DNA of 59,430 nucleotides, taken from assembly GCA_947475365.1 (NCBI GenBank), contig CANJOI010000001.1:1-59430 (forward strand), given 5' to 3'. This document shows positions 21,337 to 29,690 of this stretch, piece by piece. The stretch comes from Fidelibacterota bacterium (lineage in GTDB: Bacteria > Pseudomonadota > Alphaproteobacteria > Rhodospirillales > Rhodospirillaceae). Each line of letters begins with the position of its first letter. The stretch's first letter is position 1. Made by a program: the position numbers and the translations under genes. The notes beneath the pieces were generated by a model. The model did not search any database. It saw nothing but the letters and a program-made list of their open reading frames with translations, and had not been told where the DNA came from.

Positions 21337-21897
21337 ATGTCCCTGGTTGAAATCGCCCGCCCGGCTTACGACGTCGATATCTTCATCGCCTACGCCACCG
21401 CCCATAACTTCACCGGCAAGCCGGTGTATCAGCGCGCTGGATGCTATCTGCATACCGACGCGGCGGCCCATCTGAAAACCGCCATCGACCTCGCCAAGGC
21501 CATGGGCCTGCGCTTCAAGGTGTTCGACGCGTTTCGTCCGTCGGAGGCGCAGTGGGTGTTGTGGAACCACACGCCCGATCCGGATTTCCTGGCCGATCCG
21601 CGGCGCGGCTCGCCGCACTCCATGGGCGCGGCCGTGGACCTGACGCTGATCGACGCGGACGGCAAGGAGTTGGATATGGGCACGGCGTTCGACGCCTTCA
21701 CGCCGCTCTCGCATCACGGCGCGCTCGAGATTTCCGCCGAGGCCCAGCGCAACCGCGCCATCCTGTTGGGAATTATGACCGCCGCCGGCTGGGATTTTTA
21801 CCGCAACGAGTGGTGGCACTATCAGCTGTTCAATGCGCGCGCGCGCTATCCCGTGCTGGATGACAGCGCGGCTCCGGTTCCCATGATGACCGCTTAA
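21337..21897 (+). CDS. ddpX: D-alanyl-D-alanine dipeptidase (peptidase M15D, VanX/DdpX-like)
   Basis: 186-aa ORF with FDAFRPSEAQ, SPHSMGAAVDLTL and NEWWHYQL zinc/catalytic motifs. Confidence 0.85.
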   Translation: MSLVEIARPAYDVDIFIAYATAHNFTGKPVYQRAGCYLHTDAAAHLKTAIDLAKAMGLRFKVFDAFRPSEAQWVLWNHTPDPDFLADPRRGSPHSMGAAVDLTLIDADGKELDMGTAFDAFTPLSHHGALEISAEAQRNRAILLGIMTAAGWDFYRNEWWHYQLFNARARYPVLDDSAAPVPMMTA

Positions 21898-23141
21898 GAC
21901 GCCAGCAGGTCCGCGGCCGTGCGCGGCGCTTGCGGTTTTTTGCCCGAGGCCTCTTGAAACTCCAGCGCGACCTTCAACCAGTCCGCGGCGGCATCGGCGT
22001 CGCCGCGCTGGCGCGATTCGAGTTCCGCCAGCATGCGCGCGGCCCGCGCCCGCACATCGGCGGGCATGCTCTGCGCCGTCAGGCCCGAGAGCCGGTTGCG
22101 CGCCTGGCCCCACAACTCCGCGCCTAAAGCCGCGGCGGCGACCGCGAGCCGGCTTTCGGGGTGTTCGGGGGCGGCTTTGGCCAGGCTCTCGACCCGCTGC
22201 GCCCAGGCGATGGCGTTCTCACCTGGGATGAGGTCCCGATAAGCGACGAGCAGATCGGGGTGCGGATGTTCGGCCCAGACGCGTTCCACGGCGCTTGCCG
22301 CCTTGGCGCCCTTGCCTTGCGCAGCCATGGCGTTGGCGAAGGCGATCACGGCCGCGCGGTTTTGCGGGCTCACACCCATGGCGCGCTTCGCGGCCACGGC
22401 CGCTTCGGAGGTGTTGTTGCGCGCCAGTGCGGCGGCGGAGACGCGCACATAGATGCCCGATTTGAGCGCCGCGTGGTGGGCGGGCGTGAAAGCCTGGCGC
22501 GCGGGCTTGCTGTCGATCAAGGCCAGTGCGTCATCCCAATGCTCGCGGCCGATCTCAAGGTCCAGCAGCAGGGTCAGCGCCCAGGCGGGCGGGTCGCGCC
22601 GTGTCCAGGCGCGGCGCGCGTAGTCGGCGGCGCTGATGACATCGCCGGCGGCCAGCGCGCTGGTGGCCAGGGTGCGCAAGCCGGCGAGTTCGGTTTCAGG
22701 GCGTTCGAGCATCTCGCGCGCCGCGGCCTCCACGCCCTTGGTGTTGCCTTCCAGCGCCGCGGCTTCCTTGCGCAAAATCAGCACGGCGGAATTGTCCTTG
22801 AGCAGGCCGGCGGCTTCGCGCGCGAGCCGGCGCGCGGCGGCGGTTTGGCCGGCGGCCACGGCGGCGAACCCGTCGCCGAGCGACGTCATGCCGCGGTTGA
22901 GGCGTTGTTCGCGCCGGCGCGCCGCGATCGCCCGCATGGCCGCGCCGAGAGCGCCCGCGAGTTTCACGACCAACAGGATCAGCGCCACCAGCACGATGAT
23001 CGCGGCCACCAGCACGCCGACCGACGTGTCGACCCGCCAGCCGTGCCAGGCGAGATGGACGTCGCCCGGATCGTTGGCGAGCCACACGGCCACCGCCACC
23101 AGCGCCGCGACACTCAGGATATAGAAGACGAGACGGCCCAT
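21894..23141 (-). CDS. HemY-like membrane protein (HemY_N plus TPR-like region)
   Basis: 415-aa ORF. It has two N-terminal TM segments (FYILSVAALVAVAVWL, VGVLVAAIIVLVALILLVV) followed by an Ala-rich helical repeat region. It starts 2 nt after the stop of the HemD-Mic60-like ORF. Confidence 0.8.
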   Translation of the reverse strand: MGRLVFYILSVAALVAVAVWLANDPGDVHLAWHGWRVDTSVGVLVAAIIVLVALILLVVKLAGALGAAMRAIAARRREQRLNRGMTSLGDGFAAVAAGQTAAARRLAREAAGLLKDNSAVLILRKEAAALEGNTKGVEAAAREMLERPETELAGLRTLATSALAAGDVISAADYARRAWTRRDPPAWALTLLLDLEIGREHWDDALALIDSKPARQAFTPAHHAALKSGIYVRVSAAALARNNTSEAAVAAKRAMGVSPQNRAAVIAFANAMAAQGKGAKAASAVERVWAEHPHPDLLVAYRDLIPGENAIAWAQRVESLAKAAPEHPESRLAVAAAALGAELWGQARNRLSGLTAQSMPADVRARAARMLAELESRQRGDADAAADWLKVALEFQEASGKKPQAPRTAADLLAS

Positions 23142-23143
23142 GA

Positions 23144-26100
23144 TCAGTTGCTCGGCTTGTCGCCGGCGGCGGCGACGGCGGCCACGGCTTTGGTGATGGT
23201 ATCCGCGAGCGTGTGTTCCGCCGCGAGGCGCGCCTTGGCGGGACCGGTCCAGGATGCGGCGGCTTCGGCGGCCGCGCCGCGCAATCCCTCCATCTCCGCC
23301 ACGGCGCCGGCGAGATCGTTCTGCATCATGCGGCTCTCCGCGCGGGCGGCGATGGCCCAGGCGCTGGACCCTTCCGCGCTGCCATCGACGCGGCGGATGG
23401 TGACGAGCGCCATGACGCGGTCGAGAATGCGGCGCAGCCAGCCCGCGGTGTCGTCCGGCACAGCCGCCGCACGCACAGCAGCCGCTGCAGCCGCGTCGAA
23501 GCGTCCACGCAGGTCAGGCAGTGTCGGCAGCCCGGTGGCGGCATAGGCCGCGAAGGCGCTGTCATCAAATGATGCTCCGGCGCGGGCGGCGATGGCCTTG
23601 GTGGTTTCCAGTTCCAAGGCGAACGGCCGCCCCGCCGCCAACGCGTTTTGCCATTGGCCCAACGCCATGACATAGGCGACCGCGACGGCTTGCGAGCCAG
23701 CGGCCGAGCGCCCGGCGTTCTCCAATGCGTTCACGCGCCCGGTGAGCGACAGCACGGTGGCGGCGTCGGCGCTTTTGCCCTCCAGGGTGCTGAGGCGCTT
23801 GTTCAATTCATCCAGGCGCGCGGCGTTGCCGATGGCGGTTTCCAAGGTGGCGATGCGCGCGGTGAGCGCCGCCACCAGGCGGCCCTGGTTGGCCAAGGCA
23901 TCATCGCCCGCCGCCGGCGGTGCGGTGGCAGGCCCCGCGGCGGGCGCGGCCGGGCGCGGCGCGGCGGCTTTTTCCTCAAGGGCATGCAGGCGTGCGGTGA
24001 GCGCGGCGACGTCCTCGGTCTTCGCCGGTGGGGCTTGCGTGGCCGCTGGTTCCGGCGCGCGGCCGAACTTCGCAAGCCATGCGGGCGCGGTGAAATAGGC
24101 CCCCGCCGTCAGCAGCACCAGCAGCAGGAACAACAGTGGTGCGCGGCTGCGCCGGCGCGGCGCGGCGGCTGCCGGCGGCACATCGGGGCGGTCGCTTTCG
24201 CCGGCGGTTTCACCGCCATCGCCGAAGCTATAATTGGGGAACCGCTGCCCGCGCGCCTTGTCGTCGGCCGCGTCCTCGGCCAAGAGACGCGCCGCGCGCC
24301 CGCCGCGCAGGCTTTCGGCCGAGCGGAGCGGCGTTGGGCCCGGTGTTTCGGCGTCGTCTGGCGGAGGGCTGGCGGTGGGTTCAGAACTCATGGGCTCTAC
24401 TATATCCGATCGTGGGGCAGTTTCGGGTGCGGGAAGTGGCGGCGTAACAGGTATGTCCGGATCCGGGTCAGGTGACGCGCGGAGCGGTGGTTGTTCTTGC
24501 GGCGGCGCCTCGGCGGGAATCTCTTCCACAGGCTCTTGGACAGTGGCCCAAAATGGCCGCTGCGGCGGCGTGGCTTCGCCGGGTGGCGTGGCGAAGCGGG
24601 ATTTCAGCCATGTGCGCAGGCCGCCGCCTGACGCCTGCGGCTTTGTGTCCTGTTCGCCGTCGTCCTTCGCGGCCTCCGGCAGCGCCGTGGCCCGCGCTTT
24701 TTCGTCAGCTTCGCGCTTGGCGGCGGCACGGGCTTCGTCTTCCAGGCGTTGCTGTTCACGCTTGGCGTCCCGTTCGGCGCGGGCCTGTTCCTCGGCGATG
24801 CGCTTACGCTCGGCGTCTTCCTTGGCGGCTTGCTCAACGGCGACGCGCGCCTTTTCGTCAGCCTCGCGCTTGGCGGCGGCACGGGCTTCGTCTTCCAGGC
24901 GCTGCTGTTCACGCTTGGCTTCGCGTTCGGCGCGGGCCTGTTCCTCGGCGATGCGTTTGCGCTCCGCGTCTTCCTTGGCCGCTTGCTCACGGGCGATGCG
25001 GGCCTTTTCGTCAGCTTCGCGCTTGGCGGTGGCACGGGCTTCGTCTTCCAGACGTTGCTGTTCACGCTTGACGTCCTGTTCGGCGCGGGCCTTTTTGTCG
25101 GCTTCGCGCTGGGCGGCGGCACGGGCTTCATCCTCTTGGCGCTGCTGCTCGCGTTGGGCGTCACGTTCGGCGCGGGCCTGTTCCTCGGCGATGCGTTTGC
25201 GCTCCGCTTCTTTCCGGGCGGCCTGCGCGCGCGCGGTCCGTTCGCGCTCTTTGGCCTCTTTGCGGGCGCGTTCTTCCGCAGCTTGGGCCTCGCGCAAGGC
25301 CTGATCGCTGGCGGCCAGCGCCGCCGCTGCCGCGGCGGCTTCCGCCCGGCGTGCGGCCGCGATGGCGTCCTGTTCGGCGGCGCGCACCCGCGCCTGCTCT
25401 TCCTGCGCGCGCCGCTTCTCCTCGTCACGCGCGGCCTGCAGGCGTGCGTGTTCAGCCTCCGCCGCGCGCTGTTCCGCGAGACGCCGTGCCTCTTCGGCCG
25501 CGGCCTGCTCCTGTTTGCGGCGGCTCTCTTCGGCGCGCGCCGCGTCGCGCTCGGCTCGCGCGGCTGCGGTGCGTTCCGCCTCCTCCGCTTCCATCCGCTC
25601 GCTTAAAACGCGCTCCTGGGCGGCGAATGCGGCTTGGGCGCGTTTGCGGTCTTGCACCGAAAGCGCCAGCCGCTCACGTGCCGCCTGCGCCCGCGCGAAG
25701 CTTTCGTCGGCGGCGGCGCGCCGTGCTTCTTCCGCGGCTACGGCCAGCGCGGCTTCCGCGGCGCGCTTTGCCTTTTCTTCCGCCGCGCGCCGTTCGCGCT
25801 CAAGGCGCTCTTGTTCCGCGCGTTCACGTTCCAGTCGCTCGCGTTCTTCGCGTGCCGCGCGCTCCTTCTCCTCCGCTTCGCGTTTGGCTGTGGCGCGCGC
25901 CTCTTCTTCCAGCCGCTGGCGTTCACGCGCGGCGCGGGCCTGTTCCTCGGCGATGCGTTTGCGCTCGGCTTCTTCCTTGGCGGCCTGTTCGCGGGCGATG
26001 CGTGCTTTCTCGTCGGCTTCGCGCTTGGCGGCGGCGCGGGCTTCGTCTTCCAGGCGTTGCCGTTCACGCTGGGCTTCGCGCGCGGCGCGCGCCTGCTCCT

Positions 26101-27373
26101 CGGTCGCGCGCTTGCGTTCGGCTTCTTCCCTGGCGGCCTGTTCGCGGGCGATGCGCGCTTTCTCGTCGGCTTCGCGCTTGGCGGCGGCGTGGGCTTCGTC
26201 TTCCAGGCGCTGTTGTTCACGCTGGGCTTCGCGTTCAGCGCGGGCCTGTTCCTCGGCGATGCGCTTGCGCTCAGCTTCTTCTTTGGCAGCTTGCTCACGG
26301 GCGATGCGCGCCTTCTCGTCGGCTTCGCGCTTGGCGGCGGCGCGTGCTTCCTCCTCGCGGCGCTGCTGTTCGCGTTTGGCTTCGCGTTCAACGCGGGCCT
26401 GTTCCTCGGCGATACGTTTGCGCGCGGCTTCTTCTTTTGCGGCCTGTTCGCGCGCGGCGCGGGCGCGTTCCTTGGCCTCGCGCTCGGCGGTGGCTTTCGC
26501 CTCCCGTTCAATGCGGGCCAATTCCTCGGCGGCGCGCATGCGGGTGGCTTCCGCTTCGCGGGCGGCGCTTTCGGCTTGGCGCTGCGCTTCGGCGGCAGTT
26601 TCGCGTTCGGCCTCTGCGCGCGCCCGCTGCTCCGCGGCGGCACGCTGTTCTTCCACTTTGTCGACCAGCGCGCCGTCGAGCTGCATCGCCGCATCTTCGA
26701 GCGTGCCGCCGCTGGGAACGCTCACACCTTTGAACTTGAGCGCGCGCAAGGGCGCCGCCACCACGGGTGACGCCGCCACGGCCGTTATGGAGGCGACGGC
26801 GCTGTCGAGCTTTGCCACCTGTACCAGGGCGACGAAAGCGCGCGCTTCCTCGGCCGACAGGAACACGGCGGCGTCAAAGGCCTTATCGCGCAAGCCCGCG
26901 GTGATCCCGGCGGGCAGTGCGCTCGCGCGCCTCAGGCTGTAGAGCGGCAGGGGCCGCAAGGCGAAACCCATGTTGCCCAGGAGTGCGCCGAGATTGGTGG
27001 CAGGCCCGTTGTGGCAGGCGTGGATCAAGGCGCCGTGAGAGGGCTTCACCGTGCGTTCCGCCAGGCGCGCGAGATCGGCGGTGTCGTCCTTGGCGATCAA
27101 GACCTGTTTGAAGCCGAGCGAGGTCAGCAGCGCGGCGGTGGCCTCGCTGTCGGTGAACACAGGAAAAGTGCGCACACCGATATTGTCGGCCAGCGCCCGG
27201 GCGCCTTCGCCGCCCGTGACGACGAAGCCTTGCGCGGCGGTGAGGTTGATTTTGGGCGCGGGCAGGCGCTCCGCGGTCAGCAGGGGCGCGATCTCCACCG
27301 CGTGGCCGCGCGCCCGCAGCACCGCGGCGGTGGCGGCGGCATCCTGCGCCGGCTGTGTGATCAGAACTCGCAT
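23144..27373 (-). CDS. Giant fusion protein: uroporphyrinogen-III synthase (HemD) domain, E/R/A/K-rich repeat helix, Pro-rich linker, TM helix, coiled coil, mitofilin/Mic60-like C-terminal domain
   Basis: One uninterrupted 1409-codon ORF. Residues 1 to ~230 (MRVLITQPAQDAAATAAVLRARGHAVEIAPLL...) resemble HEM4/HemD. Residues ~238-898 are almost pure E/R/A/K/Q. Residues 899-1075 are rich in P/D/E. Residues 1079-1099 (PLLFLLLVLLTAGAYFTAPAW) form a TM helix preceded by RRRSR. Residues ~1160-1225 are heptad-like. Residues ~1235-1395 (WLRRILDRVMALVTIRRVDG...RAESRMMQNDLAGAVAEMEGLRG...W...AKARL) resemble the mitofilin domain of alphaproteobacterial Mic60. Domain calls are by eye, not by HMM. Confidence 0.8.
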   Translation of the reverse strand: MRVLITQPAQDAAATAAVLRARGHAVEIAPLLTAERLPAPKINLTAAQGFVVTGGEGARALADNIGVRTFPVFTDSEATAALLTSLGFKQVLIAKDDTADLARLAERTVKPSHGALIHACHNGPATNLGALLGNMGFALRPLPLYSLRRASALPAGITAGLRDKAFDAAVFLSAEEARAFVALVQVAKLDSAVASITAVAASPVVAAPLRALKFKGVSVPSGGTLEDAAMQLDGALVDKVEEQRAAAEQRARAEAERETAAEAQRQAESAAREAEATRMRAAEELARIEREAKATAEREAKERARAAREQAAKEEAARKRIAEEQARVEREAKREQQRREEEARAAAKREADEKARIAREQAAKEEAERKRIAEEQARAEREAQREQQRLEDEAHAAAKREADEKARIAREQAAREEAERKRATEEQARAAREAQRERQRLEDEARAAAKREADEKARIAREQAAKEEAERKRIAEEQARAARERQRLEEEARATAKREAEEKERAAREERERLERERAEQERLERERRAAEEKAKRAAEAALAVAAEEARRAAADESFARAQAARERLALSVQDRKRAQAAFAAQERVLSERMEAEEAERTAAARAERDAARAEESRRKQEQAAAEEARRLAEQRAAEAEHARLQAARDEEKRRAQEEQARVRAAEQDAIAAARRAEAAAAAAALAASDQALREAQAAEERARKEAKERERTARAQAARKEAERKRIAEEQARAERDAQREQQRQEDEARAAAQREADKKARAEQDVKREQQRLEDEARATAKREADEKARIAREQAAKEDAERKRIAEEQARAEREAKREQQRLEDEARAAAKREADEKARVAVEQAAKEDAERKRIAEEQARAERDAKREQQRLEDEARAAAKREADEKARATALPEAAKDDGEQDTKPQASGGGLRTWLKSRFATPPGEATPPQRPFWATVQEPVEEIPAEAPPQEQPPLRASPDPDPDIPVTPPLPAPETAPRSDIVEPMSSEPTASPPPDDAETPGPTPLRSAESLRGGRAARLLAEDAADDKARGQRFPNYSFGDGGETAGESDRPDVPPAAAAPRRRSRAPLLFLLLVLLTAGAYFTAPAWLAKFGRAPEPAATQAPPAKTEDVAALTARLHALEEKAAAPRPAAPAAGPATAPPAAGDDALANQGRLVAALTARIATLETAIGNAARLDELNKRLSTLEGKSADAATVLSLTGRVNALENAGRSAAGSQAVAVAYVMALGQWQNALAAGRPFALELETTKAIAARAGASFDDSAFAAYAATGLPTLPDLRGRFDAAAAAAVRAAAVPDDTAGWLRRILDRVMALVTIRRVDGSAEGSSAWAIAARAESRMMQNDLAGAVAEMEGLRGAAAEAAASWTGPAKARLAAEHTLADTITKAVAAVAAAGDKPSN
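24683..25240 (-). repeat. Coding tandem repeat array 2: about 3.5 copies of the same 153-bp unit, one copy internally truncated
   Basis: Equivalent positions were checked at 24703, 24856 and 25009 (spacing 153). A shortened copy near 25091 corresponds to the peptide junction ...READKKARAEQDVKREQQRLEDE.... The unit is highly similar to that of array 1, about 1.2 kb away in direct orientation. Confidence 0.9.
25859..26476 (-). repeat. Coding tandem repeat array 1: about 4 copies of a 153-bp (51-codon) unit
   Basis: Equivalent positions were checked at 26005, 26158 and 26311 (spacing 153). The encoded unit is IAREQAAKEEAERKRIAEEQARAEREAQREQQRLEDEARAAAKREADEKAR. Confidence 0.9.
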
Positions 27374-27464
27374 GAAGCAGCACTATGCTTATTTATAAGA
27401 GTGTTGTAGAGGCTGCGGGATAGCGGGAAAAGAGCTTTGCGCCCGCTAACCCACTGGAAATGCA

Positions 27465-28517
27465 TTGTTAGTTCTCGGCATCGAAACCAGTTGCGACGAG
27501 ACTGCCGCCGCCGTGGTGGACGGCGAGGGGAACGTGCGCGCCCAGGCGGTGTTGAGCCAGATCGAAGACCACAAGCCCTATGGCGGCATTGTCCCGGAGA
27601 TCGCCGCCCGCGCGCATCTCTCCCATCTTGACCGCCTGATCGCCAAAGCCATGAGTGACGCAAAGGTGCGCTTCGAGGATTTGAGCGCGGTGGCCGCCAC
27701 CGCCGGGCCTGGGCTGATCGGCGGCGTGATTGTCGGCGTGATGACCGCGAAAGCAATATCGATGGTGCGCGGCATCCCGTTCATCGCCGTCAATCACCTG
27801 GAAGGCCACGCGCTCACCGCGCGCTTCACCGATGGCGTTCAGTTTCCTTATCTCCTGCTGCTGGTGTCCGGCGGCCATTGCCAGATTCTGGTGGTGGAAG
27901 GCGTCGGGCGCTTCCGCCGTCTCGGCACCACCATGGACGATGCGGCGGGCGAAGCTTTCGACAAGGTGGCGAAACTGATCGGCCTTGGGTATCCGGGCGG
28001 ACCGGCCATCGAACGCGCGGCGCGGGACGGCGACCCCGCGCGCTTTACCTTTCCGCGCCCGCTCAAAGGCAGGCCGGGGTGCGACTTTTCATTTTCCGGT
28101 CTCAAGACCGCGGTGCGCCTGGCCGCCGAGGCGCTGCCCGCGATCAGCGAAAAAGACGCCGCCGATCTTGCCGCCGGATTTCAGACCGCGCTGGTGGAGT
28201 CCACCGCCGACCGCGTCGCGCGCGCCATCGCGGTGTTCCGCGCGGACTATCCAACGGGCGACACGCTGGTGGCGTCCGGGGGTGTCGCCGCCAACACCGC
28301 CTTGCGCGAAGCGCTGACAACCGTGAGCCGGAAAAACGGCCTGCGTTTTGTGGCGCCGCCGGTGGCGTTGTGCACCGACAACGCGGTGATGATCGCCTGG
28401 GCCGGCGTCGAGCGTTTGAAGCTGGGATGGGTGGACGGGCTGGATATCAAGCCCCGGCCGCGCTGGCCGCTCGATCCTGGCGCAGCGCCCGTGCGCGGCG
28501 CGGGCGTCAAAGCCTAG
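27465..28517 (+). CDS. tsaD: tRNA N6-adenosine threonylcarbamoyltransferase TsaD
   Basis: 350-aa ORF with a TTG start: [17 protein letters not shown]..., [11 protein letters not shown] and [10 protein letters not shown] motifs. Confidence 0.95.
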   Translation: MLVLGIETSCDETAAAVVDGEGNVRAQAVLSQIEDHKPYGGIVPEIAARAHLSHLDRLIAKAMSDAKVRFEDLSAVAATAGPGLIGGVIVGVMTAKAISMVRGIPFIAVNHLEGHALTARFTDGVQFPYLLLLVSGGHCQILVVEGVGRFRRLGTTMDDAAGEAFDKVAKLIGLGYPGGPAIERAARDGDPARFTFPRPLKGRPGCDFSFSGLKTAVRLAAEALPAISEKDAADLAAGFQTALVESTADRVARAIAVFRADYPTGDTLVASGGVAANTALREALTTVSRKNGLRFVAPPVALCTDNAVMIAWAGVERLKLGWVDGLDIKPRPRWPLDPGAAPVRGAGVKA

Positions 28518-28549
28518 AAGCGTTTTCGTCAGAAAATGCGACGATAAAA

Positions 28550-29560
28550 TCACACGTTATAGTAATCGCGGAACCAGGCCACGGTCTGGGCCAGGCCGTC
28601 CTCCAGGGACGTCGCGGGCTGATATCCCACCGCGCGCTTCAGGGCGCTGACATCGCACCAGGTGCCCTCCACGTCGCCGGGCTGCATGGGCTGCATGTTG
28701 AGATTGGCTTTGCGGCCCGTGACCTTCTCAAGGGCGGCGATGAAATCCATCAGGTCCACCGGCGCGCCGCGGCCGATGTTGAACACCCGGTAGGGCGCCA
28801 CACCCGAACCATCGGTGGTGGGTGCGTTGGAATCCCAGCTCTCGTCCGCCACCGGCACCTGGCCGATCACGCGGCGCACGCCTTCCACGATATCCGCGAC
28901 AAAGGTGAAGTCGCGCTTCATCCGGCCGTTGTTGTAGACCTCGATGGGATCGCCCGCGAAGATCCGCGCGCAGAACTTGAACGGCGCCATGTCGGGCCGT
29001 CCCCACGGACCGTAGACGGTGAAAAACCGCAGGCCGGTCACAGGAATCTTGAAAAGATGCGCGTAGGAATGGGCCAGAAGTTCATTGCTGCGCTTGGTGG
29101 CGGCATACAGGCTCAAGGGATGCGAGGCGCCGTGATGCTCGGCGAACGGCATGGCGGTGTTGGCGCCGTAGACCGAGCTGGTGGATGCGTACACGAAATG
29201 CGCGGGCTTAACGACGCGCGCCGCTTCGAGCATGTTGACGAAGCCGGTCAGGTTTGAATCCACATAGGACTGCGGATTCTCCAGGCCGTAGCGCACGCCC
29301 GGCTGCGCGGCCAGGTGCACGATATGGGTGGGCTCAACCTCATCGCACAGCGCGAACAGCGCATCCCGGTCCGTCAGGTTCACGCGCCGGCCGGCGAAAC
29401 CGTCCCGCTTCTCCAGGTTCGCCCAGCGCGCCTCTTTCAGGCGCACATCGTAATAGGGCGTAAAGGCGTCGAGGCCAACCACGCGCTTGCCCTCGTCCAA
29501 CAGGCGCATGGCCAGATGGTAGCCGATGAAGCCGGCGGTTCCGGTGACGAGAATGGTCAT
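28550..29560 (-). CDS. NAD-dependent sugar-nucleotide epimerase (UDP-glucuronate 4-epimerase-like SDR)
   Basis: MTILVTGTAGFIGYHLAMRLL (GxxGxxG), YASTSSVYG and YAATKRSNE (YxxxK). The track ORF is over-extended to 29653; the ATG is at 29560. Confidence 0.8.
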   Translation of the reverse strand: MTILVTGTAGFIGYHLAMRLLDEGKRVVGLDAFTPYYDVRLKEARWANLEKRDGFAGRRVNLTDRDALFALCDEVEPTHIVHLAAQPGVRYGLENPQSYVDSNLTGFVNMLEAARVVKPAHFVYASTSSVYGANTAMPFAEHHGASHPLSLYAATKRSNELLAHSYAHLFKIPVTGLRFFTVYGPWGRPDMAPFKFCARIFAGDPIEVYNNGRMKRDFTFVADIVEGVRRVIGQVPVADESWDSNAPTTDGSGVAPYRVFNIGRGAPVDLMDFIAALEKVTGRKANLNMQPMQPGDVEGTWCDVSALKRAVGYQPATSLEDGLAQTVAWFRDYYNV

Positions 29561-29690
29561 GAAAAAGTCTTTGCTGATTGGGGGCGCGTTTGCAACGACG
29601 TTCGCCGCACAGGGGTTCCGCCATTTTAGAAGGTTTGCGCGCCTTCCGCGCACCTTGAAGTTTTATGGCTCACCATGTCACATAACGCCC

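Noticed and set aside
24683-26476. A regularly spaced repeat pattern that might be mistaken for a CRISPR array or a satellite.
   Set aside because: The period is 153 bp with no unique spacers. The repeats are in-frame coding units within a continuous ORF. No cas genes or leader are present.
24234-26942. Ser/Ala/Arg-rich (24234..25304, 25362..26942) and Pro/Arg-rich (25351..26733, 24472..25071) ORFs, plus alternate minus-strand frames (24604..25428, 25738..26694), across the repeat region.
   Set aside because: All are alternate or antisense frames of the GAG/GCG/CGC/AAG-rich repeat. Only the E/R/A/K frame is contiguous with the recognisable HemD and mitofilin-like domains at both ends.
28518-28549. 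A possible hairpin (CGTTTTC...GAAAATG) between the convergent tsaD and epimerase genes, considered as a terminator.
   Set aside because: It is only a 5-bp A/T stem with a mismatch and no clear U-tract. The evidence is not strong enough to report as a feature.
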